The translations under genes and the position numbers were made by a program. Below, in pieces: positions 27,704 through 32,000 of a stretch of 32,000 nt of DNA. Below the pieces are notes generated by a model. The model did no database searches. It was not told the DNA's origin and saw nothing but the letters and a program-made list of their open reading frames with translations. The stretch comes from Vibrio vulnificus CMCP6. Its GTDB lineage: Bacteria > Pseudomonadota > Gammaproteobacteria > Enterobacterales > Vibrionaceae. Every line of letters starts with the position of its first letter. Position 1 is the stretch's first letter. The stretch is taken from contig NC_004459.3 of assembly GCF_000039765.1 (NCBI RefSeq), positions 3,226,104 to 3,258,103 on the forward strand. The letters run 5' to 3'.

Positions 27704-29646
27704 TGAAACTAATAAACTTTGGCGAGATCAACATTGATAAAGACATTCAAATATCAGAAGAAATAAATTTCAAATATAATGTTTGGAGAATTCAATATTC
27801 ACAATCAGAACATATATCACTAAACTTTGAAAATTTTAGTGAAAATAATAATGTATCTAACTATAACGATTTGGTAATTTTAATAAAAATACTAACTTAT
27901 TATGAATTCCCTAAATTATTCAATTTAAACATAACCAGTTGGTTGACAACAAATCATCGCCATTCATATTTTATTAATGTCGCTAAAAATTTTCTCCTTG
28001 ATTCTGGATTTACATCTAGAAAAATGCTTTCTAATATTACTTTAAGTCAATGTAAAGGATATATTGAAGATTGCATTTCACTATTTAAAAAAAGAATACC
28101 AGGTTCAATAACAAAACTGGATAGTGCAATATATTTTTTTGACAGATGGAGTGAATTATCTCACAAAAAAAGGTTACCAAAAGAATTCAGATTTGAATAC
28201 GATAAGTATGATATTTTAGATAAAGAAAAACGTGCTGAACTAAGAACTCTCAAAGATGAACAATGCGATCCATGGCAACCATTGGATTCAGAAATTGTAA
28301 AATCCGTTTTCGATGAATCATTAAAATATATACAAACTTTATCTCCAACAATTATTAAATGCTCCAATTTAGTAAAAGAAAAAGGACGACGAGACGATGG
28401 TTCTTCTTGGGGAACCATAAGAAAAGATGGTCGTACAAAACATATTTTTAAAGTACTCGAGAACATGGAAATTCCAGACATATATGATGGAGTTAAACTT
28501 TTCAATTTTAAGCCTGTAACCAAAGAGGTTACTTCTTTAGGTTACGCCAGTGGGAAGCAAGATAGAACAACAATACCAACCAATGAAATACGGCCAGCAG
28601 TTATAAAACTAAAACGAAGTTGTATATTTATTATAGGGTTATTTACTGGTTTAAGGCGTCGTGAGATTGCATCACTAAAGGCTAAGCCAGCATATAAAAA
28701 AAATGATTGTTTATACTTAGATATTATACGTTTTAAGCAAGCCGCCGATTCAGAACAAGAAGGTGAAGAAGATAGTATCCCTATACCAAAAATTGTTGGT
28801 GATGCTATTGATATATTAATTGAATTATTTGCTATCAGCCGAAAGACATTAAATAGCCAATATCTTTTGGTAACAGATATGCCTTCTAAAAAGAATTTCG
28901 AAAAAATAAAAATTGATACAATTACAAAAGACATTAGAAAAATAGTCGCTGATATGACAGATGTAACAGATGCTCACCCACACCAGCTGCGAAAAACTAT
29001 CGCATGGTTACTGATTTCTAGAAGTGAAAAAAACATTGATCTTATTCGTCAGCTCTTTGGTCATAAAAGTTATGGTATGACACTTCGATATATAATGCGC
29101 AACGAATTAATGGTAGAGAGTGTAATAGAGTTGTTAGAACACAACTACACAGAAGATCTACAAGAAATATTCGAGGCTATCAATAATAATAATACAGCGG
29201 GAGATCTATCAGATAAAATCAAAAAACGTATGGAAGAGCAAATTTATCCAGGTAGCATATTGGTAACCGATATTGAATCCTATGTGCGTGAATCACTAAA
29301 AGCTGGTATACCTTTGTTCGTATCGAGAGTCCCCATTGGTGGTTTCTGCATAAACGCGGGTAATGAAGATTCTATCCCACCATGTATGATGAAAACCAAT
29401 TCAAAAAGACCATGCGTTGATTTCTGTAACTACAAAGTGTGTGATTACCTAATTTTTAATGATGAATCAATTTCTAATATTCACTCTCAAATTAACTACT
29501 ACAAACAAAAGTTAAGCTATCTAGATGAATCAAGCAATGAAAAAGTTGTGACTTATTATCAAAAAGAAATTCTTGAACACAGAGAGCTTCTTGAGAGATT
29601 AGAAAATAAGAAAAATAACCAGAATTTTAAAAAGGCTCAATTATGA
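27703..29646 (+). CDS. Large (647 aa) tyrosine recombinase/integrase
   Basis: Canonical motifs: box I GLFTGLRRREIASL, box II AHPHQLRKTIAW, and LFGHKSYGMTLRYIM (His and Tyr nucleophile). It has a TAATG overlap with the upstream gene and a C-terminal Cys-rich extension. Confidence 0.85.
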   Translation: MKLINFGEINIDKDIQISEEINFKYNVWRIQYSQSEHISLNFENFSENNNVSNYNDLVILIKILTYYEFPKLFNLNITSWLTTNHRHSYFINVAKNFLLDSGFTSRKMLSNITLSQCKGYIEDCISLFKKRIPGSITKLDSAIYFFDRWSELSHKKRLPKEFRFEYDKYDILDKEKRAELRTLKDEQCDPWQPLDSEIVKSVFDESLKYIQTLSPTIIKCSNLVKEKGRRDDGSSWGTIRKDGRTKHIFKVLENMEIPDIYDGVKLFNFKPVTKEVTSLGYASGKQDRTTIPTNEIRPAVIKLKRSCIFIIGLFTGLRRREIASLKAKPAYKKNDCLYLDIIRFKQAADSEQEGEEDSIPIPKIVGDAIDILIELFAISRKTLNSQYLLVTDMPSKKNFEKIKIDTITKDIRKIVADMTDVTDAHPHQLRKTIAWLLISRSEKNIDLIRQLFGHKSYGMTLRYIMRNELMVESVIELLEHNYTEDLQEIFEAINNNNTAGDLSDKIKKRMEEQIYPGSILVTDIESYVRESLKAGIPLFVSRVPIGGFCINAGNEDSIPPCMMKTNSKRPCVDFCNYKVCDYLIFNDESISNIHSQINYYKQKLSYLDESSNEKVVTYYQKEILEHRELLERLENKKNNQNFKKAQL

Positions 29647-30743
29647 CTTTAAAGGAAAAGGATGTAGAAAATGTAATTGATATCCTTATCTCATCAGATT
29701 CTTTTAATGTAAAAAAACTAGCTGAGTATCTTAAGGTTTCTCGGTCCTATTTATATAAAGAATTCCGACATCTACTACCTAAACCAGCAAGTATCACCCA
29801 AAAAAGAATAGAAAATGCTATTTTACGAATTAGACAACGGACAGGTCGCTCTCTCTTAACTATTTCGGAAGTAGCAATAGAATCAGGAGTAAGCAGGCAA
29901 AGTATTTCTAGAGATTACAGTCATCTTTTATCTATGATAAAAGGTAAAAAATCTGTTGATATAATTCCTAATTCAACAACAGAATCAGAAGAAAAAATTA
30001 AATTCCTAGAAGATCAAATTTCTTCTCTTAGCATGAAAAATGAAGAATATGAAGAGAATATTAAGTTAAAGGTTTACTCCGATATGATGAAGCAAGATCT
30101 TGCTTCATTTACAGCCCAAAAGGACAAAGCAAATGCTATCAAGCTACAAAATCAAAATGATGAAATAATAGCTATTAATAAACAACAAATATCAGAACTA
30201 GCGGATCTACGATCGCAATTATCAGAATTAAAAAGAAAGTCTAAAACAATCATTCCCGGGTGTAATATTATTGCTCATATCAAACCAGATTATAGTAGTA
30301 TTTCATCAAAAATGGATTTAAAAACTTCAATGGAGATTTTCTTCGAAATAGAAGAAAAAAACATAAACGATGCCATTGATATCTGCTTCACTTCACAACC
30401 TAATTCAGTAATATTTTTTCAACCTTTTCTTAGTTGCAACTTTGAAAGTCTTGGTATTACTTTATCAAAAGGTGATGTTATTCTTATTGAAAGTAATTTT
30501 CCTCTTGCCAAGCAATTCAAAAAACTTTTACTAAATATAAGCGAAATTCCTGTCCATTCAATATCATGTAAAGGTCACGAATTACAATTGGCAAATTTCT
30601 ATTGTCGAAAGAATCACACCAATAAATTTAGCGAAGAGTTTATAGATAAGTTATATAAACTAATATCTTATCCAGATCAGAATGATGGTTTTAAATCTGT
30701 AACGCTCGTAAAGCCTAGCCCTTCTATTTCGGCGGTAAAATAG
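29643..30743 (+). CDS. Putative recombination accessory/DNA-binding protein: two HTH-like segments, a coiled coil and an unknown C-terminal domain
   Basis: 366 aa. VKKLAEYLKVSRSYLYKEF and ISEVAIESGVSRQSISRDY look like HTH units. Heptad-like stretches follow (EEKIKFLEDQISSLSMKNEEYEENIKLK and ISELADLRSQLSELKRK). It has an ATGA overlap with the upstream integrase. Confidence 0.5.
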   Translation: MTLKEKDVENVIDILISSDSFNVKKLAEYLKVSRSYLYKEFRHLLPKPASITQKRIENAILRIRQRTGRSLLTISEVAIESGVSRQSISRDYSHLLSMIKGKKSVDIIPNSTTESEEKIKFLEDQISSLSMKNEEYEENIKLKVYSDMMKQDLASFTAQKDKANAIKLQNQNDEIIAINKQQISELADLRSQLSELKRKSKTIIPGCNIIAHIKPDYSSISSKMDLKTSMEIFFEIEEKNINDAIDICFTSQPNSVIFFQPFLSCNFESLGITLSKGDVILIESNFPLAKQFKKLLLNISEIPVHSISCKGHELQLANFYCRKNHTNKFSEEFIDKLYKLISYPDQNDGFKSVTLVKPSPSISAVK

Positions 30744-30744
30744 T

Positions 30745-32000
30745 ATGCTTATTGAACGGAAATTAATTACATATCCATATGAAAGAACCGATTACTCTCA
30801 TTACATCCTAGTTTTAAAAATAAATGATAAGATAATATTGATGAGTGCTGTAAATCTATTTTTAAAAGAAAGGACATACAGAAGTTTTAAAACCAGCGAA
30901 CGGTATTCCAATATTTTAAAACGTTTCTTTCATTTTATAATAAAAAATAATGCCAACATAAGCCAAAATTTCTGGCGAGAAGTTACGGATAGCGATATTC
31001 GTGAATGGCAAGGATATATAATAAAAAAGAGAGATAATGAACACAAGAAAAGGCCAAAGGATGATACTATATATTTAGATGCTTGTATCGTTTTCGACTT
31101 CTATTCTTGGGCAGAAAGGAACCATTTTCCGGTTTTAATAAATTCAACAAGTGTTGACTGGAAATTTAATTTTCGAGATGAAAGCAAAATTTTATCAAGT
31201 AAAGGCATCCTATCAGGAAGTGTTCCAGATTATGCAAACATTGATATTCGTAACACACGAAGAAAGCAATTTAGAAGCTTTAATAATAAATCTGATACTA
31301 TAATGGAGTTTGAAAATATCATAGCTTTAGTAACATCATATAGTGATCTAGTTTATCCAGTAATGTTTCTTTTAGCACTAGCTACTGGTATGCGTGAACA
31401 GGGAGTATGCTCTTTCCCTTATATTGGAATCGGTGAAAATGATCATATTAGAACATATCCTGAAATAAAAAATTTGGTTCCCAAAGACCCCAAAGGAAAA
31501 ACTCCCAAAACATTTCCTTTCACTACTATAGAAAAAGGGAATAAAAAAAGAACTTTAAAGGTCAACATGTCTGCCTGGAAAATAATATGCAAAACATACT
31601 TACCACTTTATTACCAAAGAAAAAAATTATTTAGACAGAAATTTCCTCATAAAAACGATAATGCTGTATTCTTCTTGAATAAGGTCGGTAAACCCGTAAC
31701 ACCCAAAATGGTGTCAGATGCGACGAACCGAGCAAAAAAGAAACTTAATGACCAGCACTTTCATTGGTCATTTCACAGTACAAGGGACTGGTATGCCACA
31801 ATGTTTATTATCAAACACTTAACTCGAGAACAGATCAATGTAGCACATTATGACGCAGCTATTGAAGATGCTTTACGCAAACAACTAGGACACAGTGATA
31901 TCAGAACAACATACATGCATTACATCCGTGTAGCTTCTCTTCTGTTGGCAACACGTAATGGTGAATTAGATTTTTCGTTGGGGAATTCTGATGATTTTTG
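30745..32000 (+). CDS. Tyrosine recombinase/integrase, truncated at its 3' end by the window edge
   Basis: Not in the ORF track because it has no stop in the window. My translation from the ATG at 30745 is open to 32000 (418 codons). Motifs: LALATGMREQG (box I Arg), WSFHSTRDWYAT (HxxR) and LGHSDIRTTYMHYI (His and Tyr). It starts 1 nt after the previous stop. Confidence 0.85.
   Translation, partial: MLIERKLITYPYERTDYSHYILVLKINDKIILMSAVNLFLKERTYRSFKTSERYSNILKRFFHFIIKNNANISQNFWREVTDSDIREWQGYIIKKRDNEHKKRPKDDTIYLDACIVFDFYSWAERNHFPVLINSTSVDWKFNFRDESKILSSKGILSGSVPDYANIDIRNTRRKQFRSFNNKSDTIMEFENIIALVTSYSDLVYPVMFLLALATGMREQGVCSFPYIGIGENDHIRTYPEIKNLVPKDPKGKTPKTFPFTTIEKGNKKRTLKVNMSAWKIICKTYLPLYYQRKKLFRQKFPHKNDNAVFFLNKVGKPVTPKMVSDATNRAKKKLNDQHFHWSFHSTRDWYATMFIIKHLTREQINVAHYDAAIEDALRKQLGHSDIRTTYMHYIRVASLLLATRNGELDFSLGNSDDF

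Larger units (their letters stand above)
24241..32000 (+). mobile_element. Left portion of an AT-rich integrative element inserted in yfbR; the right end is outside the window
   Basis: Sharp drop in GC and a change in codon usage exactly where the yfbR frame breaks. The segment contains three tyrosine-recombinase-fold genes. All genes in it have the same orientation as yfbR. Confidence 0.8.

Noticed and set aside
25427-28934. Minus-strand ORFs in the island (25427-25747, 25789-25989, 28161-28523, 28542-28934)
   Set aside because: They are antisense to the coupled recombinase operon, and their Ile/Phe/Leu-rich products come from AT-rich DNA. No independent support.
25826-32000. Classifying the module as a classical RIT (recombinase-in-trio) element, or as Tn554 itself
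   Set aside because: As I recall, RIT recombinases are three adjacent proteins of about 300-400 aa with no intervening gene, and Tn554 has only two recombinases plus a 125-aa TnpC. Sizes, order and the extra genes differ here, so I report only a resemblance.
24241-32000. Calling the island a prophage, an ICE or a defence island
   Set aside because: No phage structural, conjugation or recognisable defence genes lie within the visible 7.8 kb. The cargo is outside the window, so the element class cannot be assigned.

Overview
The window has two parts. Positions 1-24240 look like ordinary gammaproteobacterial core chromosome. Gene content and synteny suggest a Vibrio, but the species was not determined. 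GC looks mid-to-high 40s % by eye. This part contains:
- a partial lipoprotein with Ig-like repeats
- a divergent Lrp-family regulator and PLP-enzyme pair (ybaO/cdsH-like)
- a DUF1244 gene and a small outer-membrane beta-barrel protein
- an RND efflux pair (adaptor plus pump)
- a triple tandem tRNA-Tyr array with an E. coli tyrT-like promoter
- a Tim44-like protein
- a TetR regulator followed by an MFS-acyltransferase fusion
- a YeiH-family transporter
- a complete menFDHBCE menaquinone operon on the minus strand
- alaA (yfbQ), followed by yfbR

At 24240/24241 the yfbR reading frame is cut after about 78-80 codons. The sequence then switches abruptly to very AT-rich DNA (about 30% GC by eye) that runs to the end of the window. 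This foreign segment opens with its own divergent, full-length yfbR paralog. It then carries a tightly overlapping five-gene operon: an unknown lead ORF, a 625-aa tyrosine-recombinase-fold protein with an apparently degenerate active site, a 647-aa canonical tyrosine recombinase, a 366-aa HTH/coiled-coil protein, and a third tyrosine recombinase cut off by the window edge.

I interpret this as the left end of an uncharacterised yfbR-targeting integrative element. Its multi-recombinase module is reminiscent of, but not identical to, Tn554 tnpABC, Vibrio SE elements and RIT trios. The right end and any cargo lie outside the window. No CRISPR arrays, rRNA genes or phage structural genes were seen.
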